Below, in pieces: positions 48,136 through 57,097 of a DNA stretch of 64,000 bases. The translations under genes and the position numbers were made by a program. The first letter of the stretch is position 1. Each line of letters begins with the position of its first letter. This DNA is from Methanobacteriota archaeon. Lineage in GTDB: Archaea; Thermoplasmatota; Thermoplasmata; SG8-5; JAGLSY01. The stretch lies in NCBI GenBank assembly GCA_020697715.1, contig JAEHCO010000004.1, positions 97,765-161,764 on the forward strand. The letters run 5' to 3'. The notes below the pieces were generated by a model that did no database searches, was not told the DNA's origin, and saw nothing but the letters and a program-made list of their open reading frames with translations.

Positions 48136-49734
48136 TCACTTAGCCCCAACAGCTTCCATCATCAATGTCTTCAGCTTCTTCTTGGTGTGATAATCATAGA
48201 TGATCTTCACTTTCTCCATGGTGAAAGGGTTCATACCTGTCCAGTACATGCACGTGCTGATGGTCATGGGTGTTGGAGTGAACAACTGAAATTGTTCCAC
48301 ATTCTTCAATTCCTGAATTTTCCTGCCGAGGTCGCGCACAGCATTCTCATCATCCCCCGGGTGGCATATCATGAAATAATATCTTAAGGATTGCTTTCCA
48401 TCCGGGTTGAGGCTTTCAAAATGAAGAATGAAATCAGCCAGTCGTTCATTCTTTTTATTCATCAAGGCCAGTACCTTTTCCGAAGTGTGTTCTGGAGCTA
48501 TTTTCAGAGTTCCGGAAACATGATGGGCAGATAATTCCCGCATATATTCCTCGCTCTCCATTGCCAGATCGTATCGCACTCCACTGCGGACGAAGACCTT
48601 CTTCACGCCTCGAACCTGCCTGGCTTTCCTCATCAGATCGATAAGCCGCTCATGGCTCTTGTCCAGCTTGAAGCAATTAAGGCACTTCCCATCACATCCG
48701 ACACAATCCATGCCGTACATATTGGCTGATGGGCCGCCCAGATCATCCACATACCCCTTGAACTCCGGATGTTTGGCCATCTTCTCGATCTCGGATATGA
48801 TGCTTTTCTCGGACCGAGATATTATCTTGCTGCCCTGATGCAATGCCAGCGAGCAGAAGCTACACTCACCGATACAGCCACGATGAGTGACCACGGAGAA
48901 CTGGGCCATTTTCAGGTTAGAGTTCTTATGCATCTTTCTAGAAAAATCCATGGAATACAGCATATCCAGATATTCACTGGAATAATTTGGATAACTGAAC
49001 TGAAGAAGGTAATTATGCTCATATAATTGGGCCAAGTTCTTGTTTATGGAAAAGCCAGTTTGCATCTCGCAGAACTTTTCTTTACTTTCTTTTATTTCAG
49101 CATAGGAGGGCAAAAGTTGGAAATCATCAGGGACTTCCTTGCTTATTATACAGGTACCTCTCACACCTGCCAGATCCTCGCCATCCCTCGCTCTATTGGC
49201 CAGTTTCACGATCTGTTTTTCCCCATTGCCATAGACCAGGACATCCGCCCGGCAGTCATACATAATGCTCCTTCGCAGATCATTATCCCAGTAGTCATAA
49301 TGTGCGAAACGGCGAAGGGAAGCTTCTATGCCCCCTATCACGATCTTACACCCTTTGAAATACCGCCGAAGGGCATTGCAATATACCGTCAATGCCCGAT
49401 CTGGCATATTTGGTTCATCATGTCGTTCTTTCTTCAAAGGAGTATGATTGTTCAGCATGCTGTCAATGGAGCCAGATGTGACCCCGAAGAAATATTTTGG
49501 ATCTCCCAGGGATGTGAAATCCTTCTCGGAAACTGGTTTCTCTATTATCCCCACATTGAAACCATTGGCATCTAGCACTCTGGCTATCATTCCCACAGGA
49601 GAGAGCGGATGATCATCCCAATACTCCGCGCTTATGAGGATTATATCGAAGTCACTGCCAGTTCTGGATATCACGAGCCACAATGGAGATGTAGGTATTT
49701 TTGCTTTGGGGAGGGCGAGATAAATACCATTCAT
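48136..49734 (-). CDS. YgiQ/UPF0313 family radical SAM protein
   Basis: DHP, GGIEASLRRFAHYDYW, HRGCIGECSFC, DLGGPSANMY, APEH, FTPTPMT. Confidence 0.92.
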   Translation of the reverse strand: MNGIYLALPKAKIPTSPLWLVISRTGSDFDIILISAEYWDDHPLSPVGMIARVLDANGFNVGIIEKPVSEKDFTSLGDPKYFFGVTSGSIDSMLNNHTPLKKERHDEPNMPDRALTVYCNALRRYFKGCKIVIGGIEASLRRFAHYDYWDNDLRRSIMYDCRADVLVYGNGEKQIVKLANRARDGEDLAGVRGTCIISKEVPDDFQLLPSYAEIKESKEKFCEMQTGFSINKNLAQLYEHNYLLQFSYPNYSSEYLDMLYSMDFSRKMHKNSNLKMAQFSVVTHRGCIGECSFCSLALHQGSKIISRSEKSIISEIEKMAKHPEFKGYVDDLGGPSANMYGMDCVGCDGKCLNCFKLDKSHERLIDLMRKARQVRGVKKVFVRSGVRYDLAMESEEYMRELSAHHVSGTLKIAPEHTSEKVLALMNKKNERLADFILHFESLNPDGKQSLRYYFMICHPGDDENAVRDLGRKIQELKNVEQFQLFTPTPMTISTCMYWTGMNPFTMEKVKIIYDYHTKKKLKTLMMEAVGAK

Positions 49735-49835
49735 CGCAATTCAACCCACTACAATTACGTAAAAGTTGTTTAGTTGTGTGACAATAAACACAATTAAATA
49801 ATTGAAATAACAATATAGTTGCAGGCAGGAGAGGG

Positions 49836-50006
49836 ATGTTAGTGGAAGGAATGAGAACTAGGACCATTATTGAGAATGATGATGAAATAACAGAATATTT
49901 CATAGATGGAGATTGGAAACGTGAAGGAGATGTTTTTCAGATCTTTGGAGAGACCGTTATGGTCGATCCTGAGACGAAAACGGGCCTAAAAAGATTGCAA
50001 AAATAG
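49836..50006 (+). CDS. Small hypothetical protein (56 aa, below ORF-track cutoff)
   Basis: GGAGAGGG SD; MLVEGMRTRTIIENDDEITEYFIDGDWKREGDVFQIFGETVMVDPETKTGLKRLQK*. Confidence 0.55.
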   Translation: MLVEGMRTRTIIENDDEITEYFIDGDWKREGDVFQIFGETVMVDPETKTGLKRLQK

Positions 50007-50051
50007 AATAATAGAAAGATTTAAGAACTATTTTGTACATAATGTGACCAC

Positions 50052-50972
50052 ATGGATGAGACAGACCTTCATATAACTGGGATCATGCACGGTAACTCAC
50101 GCATATCAATAAGGGAGCTGGGAGATATCCTGGACCTCTCTGTGAACAGCGTGCATAAGCGATTGAACGCTCTTGTGGATGATGGTGTGATCGAGACCTT
50201 CGTCTTTGGACCCACTGAAATATCTATCCCCAATGTCTCAATACTGATAATCGGTAATTCCTCGTGCAAGTCAATGGACGATTGTGTTTCTAAACTGGGC
50301 AAGAACAAGAACGTGCTTAAGGTCATAGTGGGCTTGGACAATAAGCTCTTCATATCTTGCATCATACCTGATATCACCCATCTAAGGGAGCTGTCAGATT
50401 ATGTAATAACTGAGGGCGAGTTGGAGAACTACAAAGTGGGCATCTTCGATATCCCGCCATGCTGCAAAGGTGATGAAAAAGCTGAGCCAAAGAAACACAA
50501 ACTTACCAAGCTGGACTACAGGATAATCCACTCATTCAGCAAGAATTCCAGACGCCCCATATCCGAAGTATCAGAAGAACTGGATGTATCTCCAAAGACC
50601 GTGAAAAGGAGGCTGGCCAATCTGGAAAAGAACAGGCTCACCTGCTCAGGAATTCACTGGCAACCCACCATGACCAATGATATAATCACCTACCTTTCCG
50701 TGACCCTCAATCCTGATGTTGACCTGAAAGAGCTTTTTGCACTACTCAGGAACAATTACTGCCCCAACTTCATAACATTCTATTCCTTCGGGAACCTGCC
50801 TGATTTTGTCCTAATATTGTTCTGGACAAAGACCATGAGGCAGATGAATGACATCCAGCAGGCATTGCGTAAGGAAGGAAGCTTCAAATCCATAAGGTCC
50901 AATATGCAGTACAGGGCCTATCATTTTGATACATGGATAGATGATCTGATAGAGAAAAGAGCAGAATTTTAG
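50052..50972 (+). CDS. Tandem Lrp/AsnC-type transcriptional regulator
   Basis: Two HTH units: MDETDLHI...NSRISIRELG and LTKLDYRII...NSRRPISEVSE..VSPKTVKRRL. Confidence 0.88.
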   Translation: MDETDLHITGIMHGNSRISIRELGDILDLSVNSVHKRLNALVDDGVIETFVFGPTEISIPNVSILIIGNSSCKSMDDCVSKLGKNKNVLKVIVGLDNKLFISCIIPDITHLRELSDYVITEGELENYKVGIFDIPPCCKGDEKAEPKKHKLTKLDYRIIHSFSKNSRRPISEVSEELDVSPKTVKRRLANLEKNRLTCSGIHWQPTMTNDIITYLSVTLNPDVDLKELFALLRNNYCPNFITFYSFGNLPDFVLILFWTKTMRQMNDIQQALRKEGSFKSIRSNMQYRAYHFDTWIDDLIEKRAEF

Positions 50973-51205
50973 ATTCACAGGCAATTCAAATTGTCCGTTT
51001 CTTATCTTCCCAAGTAAGCATATCGCCCATTATTCTATCAAATAATAATGATTTTTTTATTTGTTATCTAACATGAGATTATAATGTTCACTGACAATTA
51101 TCATACTGAGGTGATAAAGTGAAAAGATATGAACTTGAAAAAATAAATGATGTTCGGATCATATTCACCACAATTAGCCAGAGATCAAAAAAGGGGGCGT
51201 GGTGA

Positions 51206-51580
51206 ATGATAGATCTTACAAGGCTGGAGAAGAAAACAGAGGAAACATGCCACAAAGAATCTATAATGGCGGTTGAGAAGTACCTCGGTTACAAGATAGG
51301 CATAGGACTGAGAATAAACAAAAAAAAGACAAGGAGATTCTTTGTCGCACTATTGGTATCATTAGGCATCAATGAGGATTGTACGATAGACGTGAATGTC
51401 CTTAATAAGAAGGTGGAAGCCCTAAGGCAGTTGGATAAATTGGGGTATAAGCTCAGCTATGGGGGAAATGGCTCGGTGTATTGCGAGAGAATGACAAAAA
51501 AGGCGGATCTAGAGAAGAATATATCCAAACTTCAGGAGGTTTTGCCAGAATATTTGGGGTGTGAATTAATTGACAATTGA
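51206..51580 (+). CDS. Hypothetical protein
   Basis: GGTGA SD, clean ORF at the head of a small-gene operon. Confidence 0.65.
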   Translation: MIDLTRLEKKTEETCHKESIMAVEKYLGYKIGIGLRINKKKTRRFFVALLVSLGINEDCTIDVNVLNKKVEALRQLDKLGYKLSYGGNGSVYCERMTKKADLEKNISKLQEVLPEYLGCELIDN

Positions 51581-51767
51581 GACTGATGAACACTACAAAG
51601 CGAGAGGCCCCCAAGGACCTCCTGAGCCTCTTCCTTATATCGAGATAATATCAAGCGCAATAAGATTGAAAGAACATACATTCAGGAAACTTGAAGCCAG
51701 GTTAGACAGGGGGGAGATAACACTGGATGAGTTCAAAAAGGATGTAATGGTATTGAGGGAGATCTAG
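51570..51767 (+). CDS. Small SHOCT-like protein
   Basis: LEARLDRGEITLDEFKK. Confidence 0.65.
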   Translation: MTIETDEHYKARGPQGPPEPLPYIEIISSAIRLKEHTFRKLEARLDRGEITLDEFKKDVMVLREI

Positions 51768-51772
51768 GGGGT

Positions 51773-52081
51773 ATGGAAGTGGTGGTAGATGATCTCAACA
51801 TGATATTTATTCCTCCTATATACATGCAAAACCTACAGAGGCATAAGAAGATATTAAAAGCCCACAAAGCCAAAGAGAGGACATATGAACAAATGCCCAC
51901 TGTTCATCTGGGCATTGGATTGGCGATCATCGCATCAATGACTGCATCGATAATTGCTTATGTCAGTGCCATCCAGCTCAAGGCAGCAGTTATAAGATCT
52001 CTGGAAGGAAGACTCGCCAATGGTGAGATCACCGAGGCAGAGTTCAAGGAGCGCGTGAAAGAGTTGAAGCACACTATCTGA
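51773..52081 (+). CDS. Membrane protein with SHOCT domain
   Basis: One TM, then LEGRLANGEITEAEFKER. Confidence 0.7.
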   Translation: MEVVVDDLNMIFIPPIYMQNLQRHKKILKAHKAKERTYEQMPTVHLGIGLAIIASMTASIIAYVSAIQLKAAVIRSLEGRLANGEITEAEFKERVKELKHTI

Positions 52082-52166
52082 TCTTCAACTCTTTATTTAT
52101 TTTTTATATAGATGATTATATATTCGCTAAGGTATAATTTCTTAAATATATTTAAATAAATATACA

Positions 52167-52343
52167 TTATTCATCATTTAATTGTTTCACCCTCATCTCC
52201 GCCTTGGACAGGACATCATCCGCGACCTTGGCCAGCTCCATTCCTTTCTCATAGAGCTCGACAGCTCTTTCAAGCTCCAGGTTCTCATCCTCTAACTCCT
52301 TCACTATCTTTTTCAAATCCTCAACTGCCTTTTCGAACTTCAA
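52167..52343 (-). CDS. xseB: Exodeoxyribonuclease VII small subunit (missed by ORF track)
   Basis: TTG start; MKFEKAVEDLKKIVKELEDENLELERAVELYEKGMELAK...LSKAEMRV; overlaps the xseA end. Confidence 0.92.
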   Translation of the reverse strand: MKFEKAVEDLKKIVKELEDENLELERAVELYEKGMELAKVADDVLSKAEMRVKQLNDE

Positions 52344-53514
52344 TTTCCTTCACCTCTCCTTTTGCTTTTCCATCTCTGAACATTGCCTTGAACTCCCCTT
52401 TCTCCAGGGCGGAAACATCTCTGATTATATTTCCATCCTGGCTAAAGGCCACCAAACCCTTTTCCTTTATTCCCGCCACCCATGATGATCTTAACATACC
52501 GTCATGCTCGACCAGAACGGATCTATTGGCCATCATCTTATGCGAGAGCAAATGATCGACCTTTTCCTGAATTCGAACAATGGACTCCCTCTGCCCTTCG
52601 ATCCGCATCTTCATAGCCCGGCCAATAACATCCATATCACAAAGATCAAGGGTCTGCCGCGAATTCCTCAGGATATATTCCATCGCCCCGGTCATGCGAT
52701 CTACCGCCATTTCCTTTTTCTGAATGACCTCCACCATATTGTTCACGACCAGCTTGGCCGCGGCTGTTGGAGTCACGGCATAAGTATCCGCGATCAAGTC
52801 AGTAATAACTTGATCAACATCATGCCCAACAGCAGATATCGTGGGTGTGGAGCATCCGAACACAGCCCTTGCTAATCCTTCATCATTGAAACACCACAGG
52901 TCCTCCATCGAACCTCCACCACGTCCGAATATGATGATGTCCACCATGCCATCCAGGGCTTGTAATCCCTGGATGATATTGTCACTCGCACCTTCACCCT
53001 GCACTCGCGAATCATAGAGCAGGATATCGATAGGAGGGCCATCCTCGAAGACACTGATCATATCCTGAAGGCCGGCTCCCTTGATACTGGATATCAAACC
53101 CACACTCCGAATGAATTTTGGTATCGGCTTTTTATGTTCGGGATCAAAAAGGCCTTCGCTAAGCAATTTGGATTTTAGTTCTATGAACTTTTTATAAAGG
53201 TCGCCAGTACCCGTGACCTTCATTTCTTTCACATCTAATTGATAATAAGAACCGCCTGGATAGGTGGTTATGTTACCAGTCAATATGACCTTCATCCCGT
53301 TTTCCATTTTTATGTCTTTTATCGCATCAAGCCGACTATTCCACATCACGCATCGAAGAACTGCAGAATCATCTTTCAATGAAAAGTAAAGATGTCTTTT
53401 TATCCCCCTGAAATCAGTTATCTCACCTATGATCGACACATTCTGGAATGAATCCTGACCTCTGATCAGATCCCGGATACGGAAGGCGACCTCAGAAACA
53501 GTTAATGGATTCAC
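52321..53514 (-). CDS. xseA: Exodeoxyribonuclease VII large subunit
   Basis: HLYFSLKD, EGLFD, RVQG, GRGGGSMEDLWCFN, SAVGH, TPTAAA. Confidence 0.95.
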   Translation of the reverse strand: MNPLTVSEVAFRIRDLIRGQDSFQNVSIIGEITDFRGIKRHLYFSLKDDSAVLRCVMWNSRLDAIKDIKMENGMKVILTGNITTYPGGSYYQLDVKEMKVTGTGDLYKKFIELKSKLLSEGLFDPEHKKPIPKFIRSVGLISSIKGAGLQDMISVFEDGPPIDILLYDSRVQGEGASDNIIQGLQALDGMVDIIIFGRGGGSMEDLWCFNDEGLARAVFGCSTPTISAVGHDVDQVITDLIADTYAVTPTAAAKLVVNNMVEVIQKKEMAVDRMTGAMEYILRNSRQTLDLCDMDVIGRAMKMRIEGQRESIVRIQEKVDHLLSHKMMANRSVLVEHDGMLRSSWVAGIKEKGLVAFSQDGNIIRDVSALEKGEFKAMFRDGKAKGEVKEIEVRKGS

Positions 53515-53764
53515 ATGACAAGATTGTATCTTTCAGTAATAAAGGTTCTTAGTAGAGAGGGAGATGGGAGAAAGTAAATGTAAGATGCACGGCAAGAACA
53601 ATATTGAGAGAAGTGGAAGATAAGACCATTCCCGCCGTGCATTAACTACATTGTAACAATGGTTAATATATTTTTCGCATGATTGCAATATTTATTTACA
53701 ATACAATAAATAATAATCAAATAATATTAATTTCCAAATAATAATTATGTGGACATAATAATGT

Positions 53765-54154
53765 ATGAGAAAAATTAAAGGCATGTGGCAATATCAGGGT
53801 ATCATGAAAGGCAATATTGACAAGGACATCATCCCACACTTAATTGATACGATCACCGCTGAATTGACATTCATAGATGAGAATGATCGCATTGTATTTT
53901 GGAGCGAGCCAGAGACAAAGATATTCAGCAGGCCAGACAATATCCTGGGGATCGACATAAGAAAATGCCACTCCAAAAAAAGCCAGGATGATCTGGAAGA
54001 ATTACTCGCGGATATGAGATCGGGCTCCATCGACAAGAAAGCGAATATAACCGAGAACAATGGTCGAAATATCCTGGTGGAATACATCGCCGTTAGGGAC
54101 AGCGATGGCAAATACAAGGGATGCCTGGAAGTCTGTAGAGTATTGGATGAATGA
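53765..54154 (+). CDS. Stand-alone PAS domain protein (PAS_10/DUF438-like)
   Basis: LTFIDENDRI, IFSRP...LG.DIRKCH, YIAVRDSDGKYKGCLEV. Confidence 0.85.
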   Translation: MRKIKGMWQYQGIMKGNIDKDIIPHLIDTITAELTFIDENDRIVFWSEPETKIFSRPDNILGIDIRKCHSKKSQDDLEELLADMRSGSIDKKANITENNGRNILVEYIAVRDSDGKYKGCLEVCRVLDE

Positions 54155-54174
54155 TCTATCATTTGAATGAATGA

Positions 54175-55245
54175 TCAATTATTACCATTCATCTTTTTGA
54201 TCTCCTTCGATCTTATTCGAGCTCTCTGATCCTTTTTTCTAGCCAGGATAAATAATTCCCTCTGCATCTTCTTGTAATCATCATATCGCTCTTGTTCAAG
54301 ATCACCTATCTCGAGAGCTTGCTTTATGGCGCATTTGGGCTCAGTCCTGTGCCTGCAATCATTGAATTTGCATTGTGTAGCCAGAGCCTCGATATCTTCG
54401 AACATTGATCCAAGAGTTGATTCATCACCCCACAGCCCCAATTCTCTAATGCCTGGGTTGTCAATGACCATAGCACCATTTTCCAGTATCATGAGCTCTC
54501 GATTTGTGGTCACATGCCGGCCATGGGAATCATGCTCCCTAACGGCTCCTGTTCTCTGTTTTTCCTCGCCTAGAAGGGTGTTTATGATCGTGGATTTACC
54601 AACACCAGAGGATCCCACAAGACTTATTGTGATTGCAGGTCGAAGATATTCCTGTATTGCATCCAGACCTTCTTTTCCCAGAGCACTGGTGACATGTATC
54701 GGAATATCAGTGTCTATCTTTCGAATAGCCTCTATCTTGTCATCCACACCCGCACACAGATCGAATTTATTCATTATGATGATCGAACTGGCTCCACTCT
54801 CTTTGGCCGCGAACATATACCTCTCCAGCCTTCGAATATTAAAATCGAGATCCAGACCAAGAACAATGAATATAATATCGATATTGGATGATATGATCTG
54901 GGCCTCTGTGATTAGGTCCAGATTACTGGCAACTTTCCTTTCGAGCGCGGTTCTTCTTGGTAAAAGACCATGAATTGACATCTTGCCAGTTACCCCATTG
55001 CCCTTAACTGCCACCCAATCCCCAACAATAGGAAAATCACTTCTTTCCGTGGTATTGAACCTGAACTTGCCAGTGACCTTGCCCTCAAGTTCACCATGTT
55101 CTGACATCGCGGTGTAGAGATTGGCATGTTGGGCGGTAATGCGTGCGGGAATGAATCCCATATCGTGATAGTTTTGAAAGGCCTCCTCAAAAAAGACAGA
55201 CCATCCTAGTTCTTCTAATTCCATGATATAGAAATTGAAAGTCAT
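54175..55245 (-). CDS. rsgA: Ribosome small subunit-dependent GTPase A
   Basis: VGDWV OB fold, circularly permuted NKFD...GSSGVGKST...GRHVTT...DNPG, CKFNDCRHRTEPKC Zn site. Confidence 0.95.
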   Translation of the reverse strand: MTFNFYIMELEELGWSVFFEEAFQNYHDMGFIPARITAQHANLYTAMSEHGELEGKVTGKFRFNTTERSDFPIVGDWVAVKGNGVTGKMSIHGLLPRRTALERKVASNLDLITEAQIISSNIDIIFIVLGLDLDFNIRRLERYMFAAKESGASSIIIMNKFDLCAGVDDKIEAIRKIDTDIPIHVTSALGKEGLDAIQEYLRPAITISLVGSSGVGKSTIINTLLGEEKQRTGAVREHDSHGRHVTTNRELMILENGAMVIDNPGIRELGLWGDESTLGSMFEDIEALATQCKFNDCRHRTEPKCAIKQALEIGDLEQERYDDYKKMQRELFILARKKDQRARIRSKEIKKMNGNN

Positions 55246-55303
55246 AGAATAAATATATTTCGCTTGTTCAATAAAAATTAGCCAGACTTGCTATCACTGC
55301 CTA

Positions 55304-55363
55304 TTAGCGCAGTGAAAGGCGCGGGGCGTTTTCGGTCCAGTTTTCTACAATTTCAGCTCTCAT
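55304..55363 (-). CDS. Putative leader peptide (19 aa) upstream of rsgA
   Basis: GGAGGT SD at 55372-55377; MRAEIVENWTENAPRLSLR*; hairpin over the stop. Confidence 0.5.
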   Translation of the reverse strand: MRAEIVENWTENAPRLSLR

Positions 55364-55617
55364 AGACATTTACCTCCGACTGAGTGTATATTGAGCAAGG
55401 ACGTATAAATAAATATTGAAGTGATATTGATATAATAATGAAATGAATAATGCAATTTTCGTAAGATCAGCACTAGCCAGACTAATCTCAATGTCCGGTT
55501 TTTATACGATCTCATTAAAAAACATCCCATTTTTTCATATTTTTGTTTTGTTTCTTTACTTCCGTATCTAACATGAAAATATACCCTATTCTGAGAATTA
55601 TCATATTGGTGATATGG

Positions 55618-55926
55618 TTGACAATGAAGAAAAGATCAGTAAAAAATAGTGAGCTAGAAAAGGGGAACAGGGCCAAGGTGATGGGGCTATTGGTCGTAAT
55701 GGGAATAATAGCAATGGGATTTGGCCATAGCATGGCGATGAAGCCACTGCTGACGACAAAGGGTATGGAGACACAGGAAATGGTCCCACCTACCTATGCA
55801 GATGACATACCAAACGATAGAGAAGCGAAAGATCCGGTCATCCCAATGACCTCATCTCCCAAATCGTCTTGTGCATCTGAATATTCAGGATGCTCCGGAA
55901 CATCCAGCGGCGCCAGGCATGTTTAA
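55618..55926 (+). CDS. Small secreted/membrane protein 1 ending SGCSGTSSGARHV
   Basis: GGTGA SD then TTG ACA ATG; basic n-region, hydrophobic helix; followed by hairpin 55941-55974. Confidence 0.7.
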   Translation: MTMKKRSVKNSELEKGNRAKVMGLLVVMGIIAMGFGHSMAMKPLLTTKGMETQEMVPPTYADDIPNDREAKDPVIPMTSSPKSSCASEYSGCSGTSSGARHV

Positions 55927-55940
55927 ATTCAAATGATCAA

Positions 55941-55974
55941 GGAGCTGGCATCTTGCCCAATAGATGCCAGTTCC
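55941..55974 (+). terminator. Stem-loop after small secreted protein 1
   Basis: GGAGCTGGCATCT-8nt-AGATGCCAGTTCC. Confidence 0.6.
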
Positions 55975-56090
55975 CTCATGCTTGTAAATATGTACTGGCA
56001 ATATTTTTATTTAATAACTTATATTATATGCATGTAATTTAAATAACATATCGGGAAATATTTTTATCACTTAGTATCCTAACTACCTGT

Positions 56091-57032
56091 ATGCGATTCA
56101 AATTCTATGATGATGTGGACCCGGATCAGGTGAATGACATAATGCTCATATGCCATGGAGAGCCAGCTGACCGAAAACTTGTCGAGAAAGTGAGGAAGAC
56201 CGATCCTTTCAATTCTCCCTGGTTCAGGATGTACGCGGTCGAAGGAGATCAATTAATGTCCCAGGTGGGCGCGACATATCCCGTCATAGAGACCACACAG
56301 GGCAAAATGAAGATCGGATACATCGAAGCCGTTGCCACCTTTCCCAGATATGCCAAGAAAGGTGTGGCCAGGAAGTTGATGAACAAGGTACACGAGCATA
56401 TGATAGAGGATGATGTGGATCTGTTCTTCCTCGGTGCATCCAGGACCAGTGTGGCTCCATTACTCTATTCTGATCTCGGCTATCATGCCATTGGTGAATA
56501 TGATTGGGGTATGAAGAAGCGACAGAGTTATCCGAAGACCGATATCACCTTGAAGGTGCGACGGCACAAGATGGAGAATGCCGATAAGATGTTCAGGAAA
56601 GCCACCAAAGGAAAATTAGGATTCATACACCGCCCAGATGATTATCCTAAAAAGAAATCAACCTGGGGGTCCTTCTATCAAAATGCAATTACATTCTATC
56701 GAAATGAAAAACCAATTGGCTACGCCCTCATAAGACCCACGGGAGAATTCCTCGGAATTAGAGAGCTGGTATGCCTGAAGGACAAGGACTATGTGCCATG
56801 CCTCCAGGCCCTGGAGAACCACTTCAGCAAGTCGAAATATGCCACCCGATCGATGGTCGGACCATCTCCAAGCCAGGCTAAGATATACGAGGACTATGGC
56901 TTCAGGACAATGGACACCTGGGGAATACATATGGCCATGGATCCAAAGGGCAAGATGGACCAGAAGCAATTGGAAGAGCTTCTGGGAATTGATAAGGATC
57001 TATTTCAGATCAGAGTATTGGACACTTACTGA
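56091..57032 (+). CDS. Tandem GNAT (Eis-like) acetyltransferase
   Basis: IEAVATFPRYAKKGVARKLM, LYSDLGY; second degenerate GNAT half. Confidence 0.8.
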   Translation: MRFKFYDDVDPDQVNDIMLICHGEPADRKLVEKVRKTDPFNSPWFRMYAVEGDQLMSQVGATYPVIETTQGKMKIGYIEAVATFPRYAKKGVARKLMNKVHEHMIEDDVDLFFLGASRTSVAPLLYSDLGYHAIGEYDWGMKKRQSYPKTDITLKVRRHKMENADKMFRKATKGKLGFIHRPDDYPKKKSTWGSFYQNAITFYRNEKPIGYALIRPTGEFLGIRELVCLKDKDYVPCLQALENHFSKSKYATRSMVGPSPSQAKIYEDYGFRTMDTWGIHMAMDPKGKMDQKQLEELLGIDKDLFQIRVLDTY

Positions 57033-57097
57033 TCGCCCCGAAGGTCAAGCGATAAAATTATTACTTGCAGTTCTATACAGTGTTTGGTGATCATCTT

